Shown here one piece after another: positions 30,208 to 40,697 of a DNA stretch of 64,000 nt. Every line of letters begins with the position of its first letter. Position 1 is the first letter of the stretch. Below the pieces are notes generated by a model. It saw only the letters and a program-made list of their open reading frames with translations, made no database searches and was not told the DNA's origin. The position numbers were made by a program, and so were the translations under genes. Source of the DNA: an uncultured Pseudomonadota bacterium (lineage in GTDB: Bacteria; Oederibacteriota; Muellerivitia; Muellerivitales; Muellerivitaceae); the NCBI GenBank assembly GCA_963770835.1, contig CAVYRH010000003.1, positions 128,001-192,000 of the forward strand, given 5' to 3'.

Positions 30208-31490
30208 AAACCCTATTGATCCAAGGCGGCCACGTGGTGGACCCGGCCAACCAAATTGACGGCGAAGCCGATATCTTTATCAAGGATGGCAAAATCGAGA
30301 AAGTTGGAAAGGGTCTGAAGATCAAGGCCGACCAGGTGATCGACGCCAAGGGCAAGATCGTGACGCCGGGCCTGGTCGATATCCACGTGCATTTCCGCGA
30401 ACCTGGGTTTGAGTATAAGGAAACCATCGCCACGGGTTCTCATTCGGCGGTGGCCGGGGGGGTTACTTCGGTGGCCTGCATGCCCAATACCAACCCGCCC
30501 ATCGACGACCAAGCTATCGTTTACTTCATCAAGAGCAAGGCGGAAAAGGAAGGCTACTGCCACGTTTATCCCATCGGTTGCATCTCCAAACGCCGGGAGG
30601 GCCAGGAAATGGCTGAATTGGGCGAATTGAAAAAAGCCGGGGCGGTGGCCCTGTCCGACGACGGCGCGCCTATTATGAACGCCGAGTTGATGCGCCGGGT
30701 CATGGAATACGCCAAGATGCTGGACCTGACGGTGATTGACCACTGTGAGGATTCGCACCTTTCCAACGAAGGTGTCATGCACGAGGGGGAAGCCTCGACG
30801 GCCCTGGGCTTGCGGGGAATCCCGGCGGCCTCGGAAACGGTAATGGTGGCCCGCAATATCCTGCTGGCGGAGATGACCGGCGCCAAATTCCACGCGGCCC
30901 ATGTCTCCACGGCAGGGTCGGTGGAATTGATCCGGCAAGCCAAGAAAAAGGGAATCAACGTCACCGCCGAGACATGCCCCCACTACTGGACTTTGTCCGA
31001 CAAATCCATCAAAAACTACAACGCCAACTTCAAGATGAACCCTCCCTTGAGGGGCGAGGAAGACGTGGCGGCCATCCGCAAAGGCATCAAGGAAGGCGTC
31101 ATCGACTGCATCTGCACCGATCACGCCCCCCATGCCTCCACCGAAAAGCAGTGCGAGTTCGACCAGGCGGCCTTCGGGATCGTGGGCCTGGAAACCCTGT
31201 TCCCCCTCACTTACAGCCACCTGGTGGAGCCGGGGGTCATCTCCCTGTCCCGGGCGGTGGAAATGATGACCACCTCTGCGGCTAAGATTATCGGAATTCC
31301 CAAGGGAACATTGTCGGAAGGGGTCGAAGCGGATTTGTCGATCTTCGACATCAAGAACGAGCGCAAGGTAGACGCCAAGAAGTTCAAAAGCAAAGGCAAG
31401 AACACCCCCTTCAATGGATGGAATCTTAAGGGCTGGGCGGTGGCGACGATCGTGAGTGGGGAAGTGAAATACCAAGCCGATAATGAATAG
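30204..31490 (+). CDS. pyrC: Dihydroorotase
   Basis: [27 protein letters not shown]. Confidence 0.96.
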   Translation: MKTLLIQGGHVVDPANQIDGEADIFIKDGKIEKVGKGLKIKADQVIDAKGKIVTPGLVDIHVHFREPGFEYKETIATGSHSAVAGGVTSVACMPNTNPPIDDQAIVYFIKSKAEKEGYCHVYPIGCISKRREGQEMAELGELKKAGAVALSDDGAPIMNAELMRRVMEYAKMLDLTVIDHCEDSHLSNEGVMHEGEASTALGLRGIPAASETVMVARNILLAEMTGAKFHAAHVSTAGSVELIRQAKKKGINVTAETCPHYWTLSDKSIKNYNANFKMNPPLRGEEDVAAIRKGIKEGVIDCICTDHAPHASTEKQCEFDQAAFGIVGLETLFPLTYSHLVEPGVISLSRAVEMMTTSAAKIIGIPKGTLSEGVEADLSIFDIKNERKVDAKKFKSKGKNTPFNGWNLKGWAVATIVSGEVKYQADNE

Positions 31491-31500
31491 GGGAGTTGGA

Positions 31501-32694
31501 ATGAAGTCCAACAAGGTAAAAAGGGCGATCTTAGCCCTGGAAGATGGAACCTGGTTCGAGGGCCAGGCTTTTGGCGCCGACGGTAAATCCTTTGGTGAGG
31601 TGGTTTTCAACACCTCCATGACGGGCTATCAGGAAATCCTGACCGATCCCTCCTACCGGGGCCAGATCGTCACCATGACTTACCCCTTGATCGGCAATTA
31701 CGGCGTTAATCCGGTGGACGTTGAATCCCGCAAGCCCTTCTTGGCCGGGTTCGTTGTCAAGGAATACTGCAAACACCCTTCCAACTATCGCATGACCACA
31801 ACCCTTGGCGAGTACCTGAAAAAGAACAATATCATTAGTATCGAAGGTATCGACACTCGCGCTTTGACCGCCCATCTACGCACTCACGGGGCTAAAAAGG
31901 GTGTCATTTCAACCCAGGATCTGGACCCGAAACGACTGGTGAAACAAGCCAAGGCCAGCCCTGGCCTGGAAGGACGGGACTTGGTGAAGGAGGTCACCTG
32001 CGACAAGCCTTACCAGTGGACTGAGATGCCTTACGACTTGAACCAGTCGACTGTCGACAGTCGACTGTCGACAGCAGAACAACAGATGCAACTGCAAACA
32101 GTAAGAGAGGACAAAGAAAAGCAACGGATTAAAATTGCCGCAATTGATTGCGGCATTAAATACAACATCCTGCGCCGCCTGATGGCCGAGGGGTTCGACG
32201 TGACGGTTTACCCGGCGACCACCAAGGTGAAAGACCTGATGAACAAAGGGCACAAAGGAGTGTTCTTGTCCAACGGTCCGGGCGACCCGGAAGGCGTACC
32301 CTATGTGGCGAAGATGGTACGGGAACTGATCGAAAAAAGTGTGCCGATTTTTGGCATCTGCCTAGGGCATCAAATCCTGGGGCTAGCCTTGGGCGGCAAG
32401 ACCTACAAACTCAAGTTCGGCCACCGGGGGGCTAACCAGCCGGTGTTGAATACCCTCAACCAAAAAGTCGAAATCACCAGCCAAAACCACGGATTCTGCG
32501 TAGAGACGGAAAGCCTGAATAAGGATGAAGTGATCCCGACCCATATCAACTTGAGCGACAACACTTCCGAGGGCATGGCCATGAAGAAAAAGCCGGTTTA
32601 TAGCGTGCAGTACCACCCCGAGGCTTCACCTGGCCCGCATGACTCGCGGTATCTCTTTAAACAATTCCGCGAGATGGTCGAGCGGAACGGCTAA
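31501..32694 (+). CDS. carA: Carbamoyl-phosphate synthase small subunit
   Basis: GEVVFNTSMTGYQE, LSNGPGDP, GICLGHQ, SQNHG, QYHPEASPGP. Confidence 0.97.
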   Translation: MKSNKVKRAILALEDGTWFEGQAFGADGKSFGEVVFNTSMTGYQEILTDPSYRGQIVTMTYPLIGNYGVNPVDVESRKPFLAGFVVKEYCKHPSNYRMTTTLGEYLKKNNIISIEGIDTRALTAHLRTHGAKKGVISTQDLDPKRLVKQAKASPGLEGRDLVKEVTCDKPYQWTEMPYDLNQSTVDSRLSTAEQQMQLQTVREDKEKQRIKIAAIDCGIKYNILRRLMAEGFDVTVYPATTKVKDLMNKGHKGVFLSNGPGDPEGVPYVAKMVRELIEKSVPIFGICLGHQILGLALGGKTYKLKFGHRGANQPVLNTLNQKVEITSQNHGFCVETESLNKDEVIPTHINLSDNTSEGMAMKKKPVYSVQYHPEASPGPHDSRYLFKQFREMVERNG

Positions 32695-32714
32695 TCGAAT
32701 AAGAGGAGGCTGCC

Positions 32715-33050
32715 GTGGATGACGAGCAAAAGACGGTCTTTCATAGGAAAGATGGAGTGCGGCGGTACCAGGTCGAGCACATGAAGGAGCGTCTTATCCG
32801 GAGGGTCCACCGCTCCCATTTGGTGCCCCTGGTCATCATTGTTTTCCTGGGTTTTTGTATGTGGAAGGGGATGGATATCCGGACCTGGCAGGTCTGGGCC
32901 CCCTGCGCTGCCTTGGCGGCGGTCTATTTCTTGACCATGGCCTTGAGCGTATGTCCCCGATGCGGCCGCCGGTTCTTCGGCGGCTTGGGTTGGCTTTTCG
33001 GGTTCGCGCATAGTGTCCATTGCGGCAAATGCGGGTTCAAGTTGTTCTGA
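32715..33050 (+). CDS. Small 2TM + zinc-ribbon protein (cassette 1)
   Basis: Two hydrophobic helices then CPRC...CGKCG; GAGGAGG RBS. Confidence 0.7.
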   Translation: MDDEQKTVFHRKDGVRRYQVEHMKERLIRRVHRSHLVPLVIIVFLGFCMWKGMDIRTWQVWAPCAALAAVYFLTMALSVCPRCGRRFFGGLGWLFGFAHSVHCGKCGFKLF

Positions 33051-33069
33051 TCAACGGGGGTTGTTCTAA

Positions 33070-33177
33070 ATGCCTAAACGCACTGACATCAAAAAGATCA
33101 TGGCCATCGGAGCCGGCCCGCACGATTCAAGGTATTTGTTTAAACAGTTCAGGGAGATGGTTGAAAAGAATGGTTAG
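33070..33177 (+). other. 35-codon chimeric mini-ORF: carB 5' end fused to carA 3' end
   Basis: [35 protein letters not shown]; compare 33591-33641 and 32632-32694. Confidence 0.93.
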
Positions 33178-33195
33178 GAATTTAAAGATTTAGTC

Positions 33196-33232
33196 GTCAT
33201 TGCACGGAACGAATTTTGAGACGAAGCAACCC
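33196..33232. repeat. Degenerate left half of the GTCATTGC element
   Basis: GTCATTGC...GACGAAGCAACCC as at 11943 and 13922. Confidence 0.65.
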
Positions 33233-33281
33233 AAGTTCATGGGTGGTTTATGTCAAAGAGATTAGTTTGAAATGGGTCTTC

Positions 33282-33578
33282 ATGGATAAGAAATATAAAG
33301 AGTTTTTCAAAATGATGAAATTCACGAATTGGTTGATTTTGGTCTTAACCATTGGATTGATTCCTTTTTTGTTATTAATGTCCCATATCCCTTGGTTCTA
33401 TTTAAGAAACGGATCGATTTTTTCTTACATATTTTTTTGGTGGGGATCCGGATTCTTTCGTGGTTCGGTTAGGTGCCCACGCTGCCGAAAAATGTTTTGT
33501 GTCAAATCTTTAGGCGTTCTTAATTTTGGAAATCCTTTTAGTGGTGAATGCTTGAATTGTGGTCTGAAAAACAAATGA
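33282..33578 (+). CDS. Small AT-rich 2TM + zinc-ribbon protein (cassette 2)
   Basis: Two hydrophobic helices then CPRC...CLNCG. Confidence 0.7.
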   Translation: MDKKYKEFFKMMKFTNWLILVLTIGLIPFLLLMSHIPWFYLRNGSIFSYIFFWWGSGFFRGSVRCPRCRKMFCVKSLGVLNFGNPFSGECLNCGLKNK

Positions 33579-33590
33579 AAATGGGAAAAC

Positions 33591-36500
33591 ATGCCCAAAC
33601 GGACTGACATCAAAAAGATCATGGTCATCGGGGCCGGGCCCATCATCATCGGGCAGGCCTGCGAGTTCGACTATTCGGGCACCCAGGGCTGCAAGGCCCT
33701 GAAGGAAGAGGGCTACGAGGTCATCCTCATCAACTCCAACCCCGCCACCATCATGACCGACCCGGAATTCGCCCACCGCACCTATGTGGAACCCATCACC
33801 CCCGAAGTTTGCCGCAAAATCATTGAAAAAGAACGTCCGGACGCCCTTTTGCCGACCCTGGGGGGCCAGACGGCCCTCAATACCGCCGTGGCCCTGGCCG
33901 AGAACGGCACCTTGAACGAATTCAAGGTGGAACTTATCGGCGCAAATCTAGCCGCCATCAAGAAGGCCGAAGACCGCCAGCTTTTCAAGGAAGCCATGAT
34001 CAAGATCGGCCTGGACCTTCCTGATTCCCTAACCGTGAAGACCCTTGAAGAGGGGATTGGCTTCGCCGAAACCAACGGGTATCCCGTCATTATCCGGCCC
34101 GCCTTTACCTTGGGCGGCACGGGCGGCGGCATCGCCTATAACCGCCAGGAATTTGAGGAAATCCTCTCCAAGGGCATCGACCTGTCACCTATCCACCAAT
34201 GCCTGGTGGAGCAATCGGTCATGGGCTGGAAGGAATTCGAGATGGAGGTCATGCGCGACCTCAAGGACAACGTGGTCATCATCTGCTCCATCGAGAACAT
34301 GGACCCCATGGGTATCCACACCGGGGATTCGGTGACGGTGGCCCCGGCCCAAACCCTCACCGACAAGGAATACCAGCGCATGCGGGACGCCTCCATCGCC
34401 TGCATCCGGGAGATCGGCGTGGATACGGGCGGCTCCAATATCCAGTTCGGCGTGGACCCCAAGACGGGCCGTATGGTCATCATCGAGATGAACCCCCGGG
34501 TGTCCCGCTCCTCGGCCCTGGCTTCCAAGGCCACGGGGTTCCCCATCGCCAAGATCGCGGCCAAACTGGCTGTCGGCTACAGCCTGGACGAGATCTTCAA
34601 CGACATCACCCGCTACACCAAGGCGGCCTTCGAGCCCACCATCGATTACGTGGTCACCAAGATCCCCCGTTTCACCTTCGAGAAATTCCCCGACGCCGAG
34701 GACATCCTGAACACCTCCATGAAGAGCGTGGGCGAGACCATGTCCATCGGTCGCACCTTCAAGGAAAGCTACCAGAAGGCCCTGCGGTCCATGGAAACTG
34801 GCACCATCGGCCTGGGCGCCGACGGGCGGGAATGGAAGGAAGGCCGCTGGCAGAGGACCGGCGTCCGCAAGCCCCGGGGCTTGTCCCACGACGTCCTTGA
34901 CGCCCAGTTGCGCAAGCCCACCTCGCAACGGCATTTCTTCGTGCGCCAGGCCCTTTGGCAGAACTATGACGGTGGACAAGCTTTACAAGCTCTCGGCCAT
35001 CGACCCCTGGTTCCTGAATGAGATGAAGGAGATCGTGGACCTGGAGAAGGAACTGGAAAAATCAACCGCCAAGCGCGGCAAATTGAGGACCAAACTGCCC
35101 GACGACCTTTTGCGGCGGGCCAAGGCTTACGGCTTTTCCGACCCCCAACTGGCCTTCCTTTGCGGGGTCAAGGAAACGGACATCCGCAAGTACCGTAAGA
35201 TGCGGGGCGTAAAACCCGTTTACAAGATGGTGGACACTTGCGCCGCCGAGTTCGAGGCCTTCACGCCTTATCTATATTCCACTTATGAATTGGGCCGGTC
35301 CTCCTTCGCGGGGAAGGATGTGGAAGCCGGGCCGACCAAAGAAAACAAGATCATGATCCTGGGCGGCGGGCCCAACCGCATCGGGCAGGGCATCGAGTTC
35401 GACTATTGCTGCGTGCACGGGGCTTTCGCGCTTCAAGGCCGACGGGTATGAAGTCATCATGGTGAACAACAATCCCGAAACCGTCTCCACCGATTACGAC
35501 ACGTCCAACCGCCTTTATTTCGAGCCCCTGACCTTTGAGGATGTCATGAACATCCTGGACCGGGAAAATCCCAAGGGGGTCATCGTGCAGTTCGGGGGCC
35601 AGACACCCCTGAAATTGGCGGTTTCCCTGAAAAAGGCGGGGGCGCCCATCATCGGCACCTCGCCCGAATCCATCGACGTGGCCGAGGACCGCAAACTCTT
35701 CGGGGCCATGTTGAGGCGCCTGAAGATCCGCCAGCCGGACAACGGCATCGCCATGAACGTCAAGCAGGCCAAGCCCGTGGCCCGTAAGGTGGGTTATCCG
35801 GTGGTGGTCCGCCCTTCCTACGTCCTGGGCGGCCGGGCCATGGAGATCGTCTATGACGAGGAATCCCTGGACGAGTTCGTGGTCAAGGCGGCGGAAGCGG
35901 CCCCGGACAAGCCCATTCTGATCGACCATTTCCTGGAGGACGCCATTGAAGTGGACGTGGACTGCGTCTGCGACGGGAAGGAAGTGCTAGTTGCGGGCAT
36001 CATGGAGCATATCGAGGAAGCGGGCATCCATTCGGGCGATTCGGCCTGCGTGATTCCGCCCTATACCCTACGGGAAGACCAGATCAACACCATCCGCAAG
36101 TACACCAAGGAAATGGCCCTGAGCCCTCAAGGTGAAGGGCCTGATGAACGTCCAATACGCCATAAAGAACGACCTCGTGTATGTGCTGGAAGTGAACCCC
36201 CGGGCCTCCCGCACCGTGCCTTTCGTCTCCAAGGCCACGGGCACACCCTGGGCCAAGGTGGCGGCCCGGCTCATGGCGGGGAAGACCATCGCTGGCTTGA
36301 AGGTCAAGGAAGTTTCCTACCTCAAGCATATTGCCGTGAAGGAATCGGTATTTCCCTTCAACCGATTCCCGGGCGTGGACACGGTCCTGGGGCCGGAAAT
36401 GAAATCCACGGGCGAAGTCATGGGTATCGACAACGATTTCGGCATGGCCTTCTCCAAGAGCCAGATGGCGGCCAACTCTTCCCTACCCCTCAAGGGCACG

Positions 36501-36897
36501 GTTTTCGTATCCGTGAAAAACAAGGACAAGCGGTCAGTGATTTTTATCGCCAAACGCCTGAGCGACATGGGGTTCAAACTGGTGGCCACCCAGGGAACGG
36601 CCCAGGCCCTTACCAGCAATGGCCTGGAGGTGACGGTGGTGCGCAAGGTGCATGAGGGGCGGCCCAACGTGGTGGACCTCATCAAGAACGGCGGGCATCC
36701 AGCTCATCATGAACACTCCGGCGGGGAAGGGCCCCAGGTCGGACGACTTCCAAATCCGCCGCACGGCGGTGGTCTATAACGTTCCTTGTATCACCACGCT
36801 CTCGGCCTGCGCGGCCGCCGCCAACGGTATCGAGGCCTTGAAGAAACGCGAAATCAAGGTGAAGTCACTGCAGGCCCATTTTTCAAATGAAATATAG
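33591..36897 (+). CDS. carB: Carbamoyl-phosphate synthase large subunit (four +1 frameshifts, probably sequencing errors; about 1100 aa when corrected)
   Basis: [41 protein letters not shown] and MGS domain spread over five consecutive frames. Confidence 0.9.
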
Positions 36898-37172
36898 ATT
36901 TGGATGGATGGGCCCGGGCCCATTGTCTTATTTGTCTTAATGGAAAGAACGGGCAGGAACATCACCAAAAATAAAAAAGCTTTTGTTCGCTCTTAATTGG
37001 AAATCTTTAAAAAAGTCCCGGTTTGTTTAATCGTCAGAATCCCACCCCAAGTCGTCAAAACTTCTGACAATTTTTGGCGTTTTTTCTGAATTGTATTCTA
37101 TTGAAAAAAGCGTGCAAGAAATTGTCAATTTAAAAGCAATTTGCACGATAAATAAAAGAAAACAAAGTGTTA

Positions 37173-37189
37173 AGGGCATAAATATTGCA
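37173..37189 (+). promoter_or_regulatory. Candidate sigma-54 (-24/-12) promoter
   Basis: GGCAT-AAATA-TTGCA (GG-N10-GC) 55 bp upstream of the PilZ gene, in an AT-rich region. Confidence 0.5.
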
Positions 37190-37243
37190 GTTAAAATGCT
37201 AAGGTTAACCGTAAGACATTTTCTTATCTAAAGGTTCGGTTTT

Positions 37244-37579
37244 ATGACCTCAAACAATGAAAAACGCCGTCACAACCGGATAGAGTTCCAAAAACCGGTT
37301 CGCATATTTCCTGTCCTTCCTTCAAAATCCGGAAATATTTACGAAGTTCAAACTGAATCTTTCGAGGCCCGCGCTTCCGACGTCAGCGAAGGGGGTGTTG
37401 GTTTGGAAATGAGCCGGTCCCTGAATCCCGATTTCCTGGTCAAAATGAATTTCGAGGTGCAGAACAACCAGCCAGTGGAAGTTTATGGAAAGATCGTCTG
37501 GTCCCGGTTGAACCGGTGCGGTGTAAGGTTTATGCACATGGACTCATCCCTCCGCAAGGGCCTCCGTTCCCTCGTCTAA
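37244..37579 (+). CDS. Stand-alone PilZ-domain c-di-GMP receptor
   Basis: RxxxR (KRRHNR) and DxSxxG (DVSEGG) motifs. Confidence 0.85.
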   Translation: MTSNNEKRRHNRIEFQKPVRIFPVLPSKSGNIYEVQTESFEARASDVSEGGVGLEMSRSLNPDFLVKMNFEVQNNQPVEVYGKIVWSRLNRCGVRFMHMDSSLRKGLRSLV

Positions 37580-37665
37580 AAGAATTTCCCCGTAAGCAAT
37601 TTACTTTATAACTGTGGTCTTTTGCCCCTACCTTCCGGCACCGCCTTCCCTTAAAATTGTTTCCC

Positions 37666-38214
37666 ATGGAAAACCGCCTGCATCTTTATTACGGCTACGG
37701 CAAGGGAAAAACGACGGCCGCCATCGGCCTGGCGATCCGGGCCTTAGGCGCCAGTAAAAGGGTCGCCATCGTCCAATTCGACAAGGGATATGACGGCGTC
37801 AATGAGCATTATTCCGAACGCAAAATCCTCCGTTCGCTTCCCAATCTCCAATTGTTTCCTTTCGGCAGGGAAAGGGTCTTAGGCCCCAAGGCCTTTCGGT
37901 TCAAGAACGAGCCGGGCGACCTGGGGGAGGCCCAAAGGGCCCTCGCGAAAGCCAGGGAACTACTCGATGGGGACGGATTAGATCTCCTGGTCTTGGATGA
38001 AATTTTAGCGTCGGTCATGACCCGGCTGTTGACGCGGGAGGAAGTGATGGATTTGGTGGACCTTTACAACCGGAACCGCCGCTGCGAGCTGGTACTGACA
38101 GGCCACCAGGTTTGGCCCGAATTGGTGGAGAAGGCCGACCTGGTCACCGAAATGAAAAAGGAAAAACACTATTTCGACCAAAAGGCGCCGTCCAAGGAAG
38201 GAATTGAATTTTGA
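37666..38214 (+). CDS. cobO: Cob(I)yrinic acid a,c-diamide adenosyltransferase (CobO/BtuR family)
   Basis: YYGYGKGKTTAAIGLAIRA, LLVLDEI, ELVLTG, ADLVTEM, GIEF. Confidence 0.88.
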   Translation: MENRLHLYYGYGKGKTTAAIGLAIRALGASKRVAIVQFDKGYDGVNEHYSERKILRSLPNLQLFPFGRERVLGPKAFRFKNEPGDLGEAQRALAKARELLDGDGLDLLVLDEILASVMTRLLTREEVMDLVDLYNRNRRCELVLTGHQVWPELVEKADLVTEMKKEKHYFDQKAPSKEGIEF

Positions 38215-38858
38215 CCGGCGCCAAACTTCATTCGCCCATTCCTTATTTTTTACTGACCGCCCTAATGGGATTGGTACCTGTTTTAAACAACAAATACCCG
38301 GCTCAATTTTTTCCCGCTTTTTCCCCCTTTCTGGTCGAGGTCGGATCGGTCTTTCTAGGTGTTTTTTCCACTTTTTGGGGTTTTTCAAGGGGTTGGGAGA
38401 TACTGCAACGCCGTTCATGGGCCCGGGAGCTTGTCCGGCAAGCCGTTGGGAAACGACAGGCGGAACCAAAAGCGGAAGAAAACGAGATCAACAACGCGGG
38501 GCGGTTGATTTCCCGCCTGGTGCGAAATGTCGACGAGGATCTGATGGAAATTATGCCGGATTTCACCGGCAATTCCCTCAAAAGGCTTCAAGGTGTTTTT
38601 CCCCTTCTTTTGGATGAAATCAGGAACGAGGAGGATGCCCTCATCAGGTTGGGAGTCGTGGGAACCTATTTGGGGGAAACGGCTTGCCGGAATTTCCAGT
38701 GGCAGTGGTTTTTCCAGACCGATCCCGCCTTGCGGCAATTCAACTATTTGGCCTCCACCCTACGGAAGACTGGGAAAGAACTGGACCCCTATGCCTGGGC
38801 GGGGGAATTACTTGTCGGAAAGAAAAAAGTTGAAGCTTTCCTGCGAGATGCCCGATGA
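38211..38858 (+). CDS. Hypothetical membrane protein
   Basis: Two N-terminal hydrophobic segments; overlaps both neighbours by 4 nt. Confidence 0.6.
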   Translation: MTGAKLHSPIPYFLLTALMGLVPVLNNKYPAQFFPAFSPFLVEVGSVFLGVFSTFWGFSRGWEILQRRSWARELVRQAVGKRQAEPKAEENEINNAGRLISRLVRNVDEDLMEIMPDFTGNSLKRLQGVFPLLLDEIRNEEDALIRLGVVGTYLGETACRNFQWQWFFQTDPALRQFNYLASTLRKTGKELDPYAWAGELLVGKKKVEAFLRDAR

Positions 38859-39544
38859 GACGCCTAAGGCTTTTCCTCTTGGTTTTGGCGGGAATTTTGG
38901 CAACCAGTGGGGGAAATACCGCCTTGGCCCAATGCGCCGGAGGCCCGCCGGTCAACCGCCAAGCCATTTTCCACGTCGTTAATATCCCCATCCAGCCCCA
39001 TTATTTTCATAACTTCAGCACGGCCCAGATCGAGGGGCTTCAAACCAGCGTGAAGTTCACCTCCCGAAACCTCCAAGAGCCGGGGTTGACCTCCGCAGAG
39101 CAAGCTTTGGATACCAGCTACCAATGCGGGGCCTTGGAAAACACCCGGACCCACCGGGTCTGCGTCTGGGCTGATTCCGTGGAGATCGACTTCTCCTACA
39201 CCAAGATGGACGTTTACGTCTCCAGCCAGTACCCGGAAGGCTCCTGCCCCTATCGGGTGATCTTGGCCCATGAAAACCAGCATGTGGCCATCAATAACCG
39301 GGTTTTAAAGAAATACCTGGGACTCATGAAGCAAGCCATTCGACGGGACCGGAGCATTCCCACCAAAGACCGTCCGATTTCGGCCGGCTCGTTTAAGGAG
39401 GGGCAGGACATCATCGCCGCCCGGATCGCGCGCATCATCCAACCGCTTTACGATCACTACAAGAGGGAAGTCCGGTGGGACAACCGGATGATCGACACCA
39501 TGCGAAATTACGGGCGAATCCAGGCCAAATGTAAGGATTGGTAA
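38855..39544 (+). CDS. Secreted putative zinc peptidase (HExxH, DUF922-like)
   Basis: Signal peptide, ILAHENQH. Confidence 0.6.
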   Translation: MRRLRLFLLVLAGILATSGGNTALAQCAGGPPVNRQAIFHVVNIPIQPHYFHNFSTAQIEGLQTSVKFTSRNLQEPGLTSAEQALDTSYQCGALENTRTHRVCVWADSVEIDFSYTKMDVYVSSQYPEGSCPYRVILAHENQHVAINNRVLKKYLGLMKQAIRRDRSIPTKDRPISAGSFKEGQDIIAARIARIIQPLYDHYKREVRWDNRMIDTMRNYGRIQAKCKDW

Positions 39545-39607
39545 CGACAGCCGGCAGTTAAAAGTCCGCAACCGACAGCCAGATTTAAAATAAAATGAGG
39601 TGAAATA

Positions 39608-39641
39608 AAAAAAGCCCCTGGGGTTTTCCCCAGGAGCTTTT
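39608..39641. terminator. Bidirectional intrinsic terminator
   Basis: AAAAAAGC-CCTGGGG..CCCCAGG-AGCTTTT between convergent genes. Confidence 0.75.
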
Positions 39642-39658
39642 GGGCGTCCTCAAGACTT

Positions 39659-39859
39659 TTATATCTTGCGGACGTTTTCAGCCTTCAGACCCTTTTGGCC
39701 CTGGGTGACATCAAACTCCACCCGGTCGCCTTCGTTCAGGGATTTAAAACCATCCGACTGAATTGCGGAGAAGTGGACGAATACGTCCTCGCCTCCGTCT
39801 TGGGAAATGAAACCAAAACCCTTCTCGTTCTTAAACCACTTGACAGTACCTTGTGCCAT
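39659..39859 (-). CDS. Cold-shock protein (CspA family)
   Basis: [21 protein letters not shown]. Confidence 0.97.
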   Translation of the reverse strand: MAQGTVKWFKNEKGFGFISQDGGEDVFVHFSAIQSDGFKSLNEGDRVEFDVTQGQKGLKAENVRKI

Positions 39860-40029
39860 GCTGCGACAACCTTTCTACTAACTTAAAATTTTAGTCATCT
39901 TTAGGCAAAAAAAGCCCCAAAGACGGCGTCATCCTAGCGTAATTGTGGGGGAAAAGATAGAAAAAACCTACGAATTGCCTTTAAAAACGGCGGGATAAGC
40001 ACAGCGTTAAAATAAGGATGAAAATCTTC

Positions 40030-40569
40030 CTATTCAAGACCCTCCCCGGATTCGCCAATAAATTCATAAGAATCCACAGCCGCCTGCAGGGCGGGCAGGT
40101 CCTCGCGGAGGATTTGCTCGCTGGAGGAGGTCAGGGTGAATACCACGACCGCATCCTCTTCCTCAACGTAGGCCACGGCCTCGCCACTGCCGTCCTTGTA
40201 ACCAAAGTAAAGGAAAAGCGGGACGGACTTTTTTAAATGGGTTTGCAGAAAGGGGCCGTTTTGAATGAGGATCAGTGGGTTTTGCTGGCGAGCCGAAGAT
40301 TCGTCCTGGCGGATTAGGTCGTTGAGGTCCTTGAAACCATCGCCCTTGTCGGCCACACTCACATAAAGGACCGAGGGGGCGTTTTGATAAGTCGTCCCTT
40401 GGGGATACAAAACCGCGTCCGCCTCCGCGTCGGAGGCCATGCTCTTATCCAGAACCCAACCCACGGGCGCGGAAAGAAAAAAAGAATATCCACCCCCCTG
40501 GACCATTTCGGCTGAAAGGGGAGCGGCGGACAATAAAAAAGCCAGCCCGACATATTTCATTTTGCTCAT
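40030..40569 (-). CDS. Hypothetical exported protein
   Basis: Signal peptide MSKMKYVGLAFLLSAAPLSA. Confidence 0.6.
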   Translation of the reverse strand: MSKMKYVGLAFLLSAAPLSAEMVQGGGYSFFLSAPVGWVLDKSMASDAEADAVLYPQGTTYQNAPSVLYVSVADKGDGFKDLNDLIRQDESSARQQNPLILIQNGPFLQTHLKKSVPLFLYFGYKDGSGEAVAYVEEEDAVVVFTLTSSSEQILREDLPALQAAVDSYEFIGESGEGLE

Positions 40570-40697
40570 GCCATTCTCCAGGGTGGTTCGCTTGGAGGGG
40601 TTTTTGTCCCTCCCGCGTTTGGCAAGGGATTTTTGACTGAAATACAATTAAAATCAACCGGTTCATTTGAATACAAGGGCCGTTTAAAGGGGACACT

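Noticed and set aside
32632..33641. Diversity-generating retroelement TR/VR pair or integron attC array
   Set aside because: Differences are synonymous rather than adenine-specific; no reverse transcriptase, integrase or attC structure in the window
33591..36897. Programmed frameshifting or pseudogenisation of carB
   Set aside because: Four same-direction single-base insertions without slippery motifs or nonsense mutations, in an otherwise intact operon, fit sequencing error better
37580..37665. Cobalamin riboswitch before cobO
   Set aside because: The spacer is too short and has no B12-box
39545..39582. Further copy of the GTCGACA heptamer element
   Set aside because: Only weak GACAG-like matches with no paired arm
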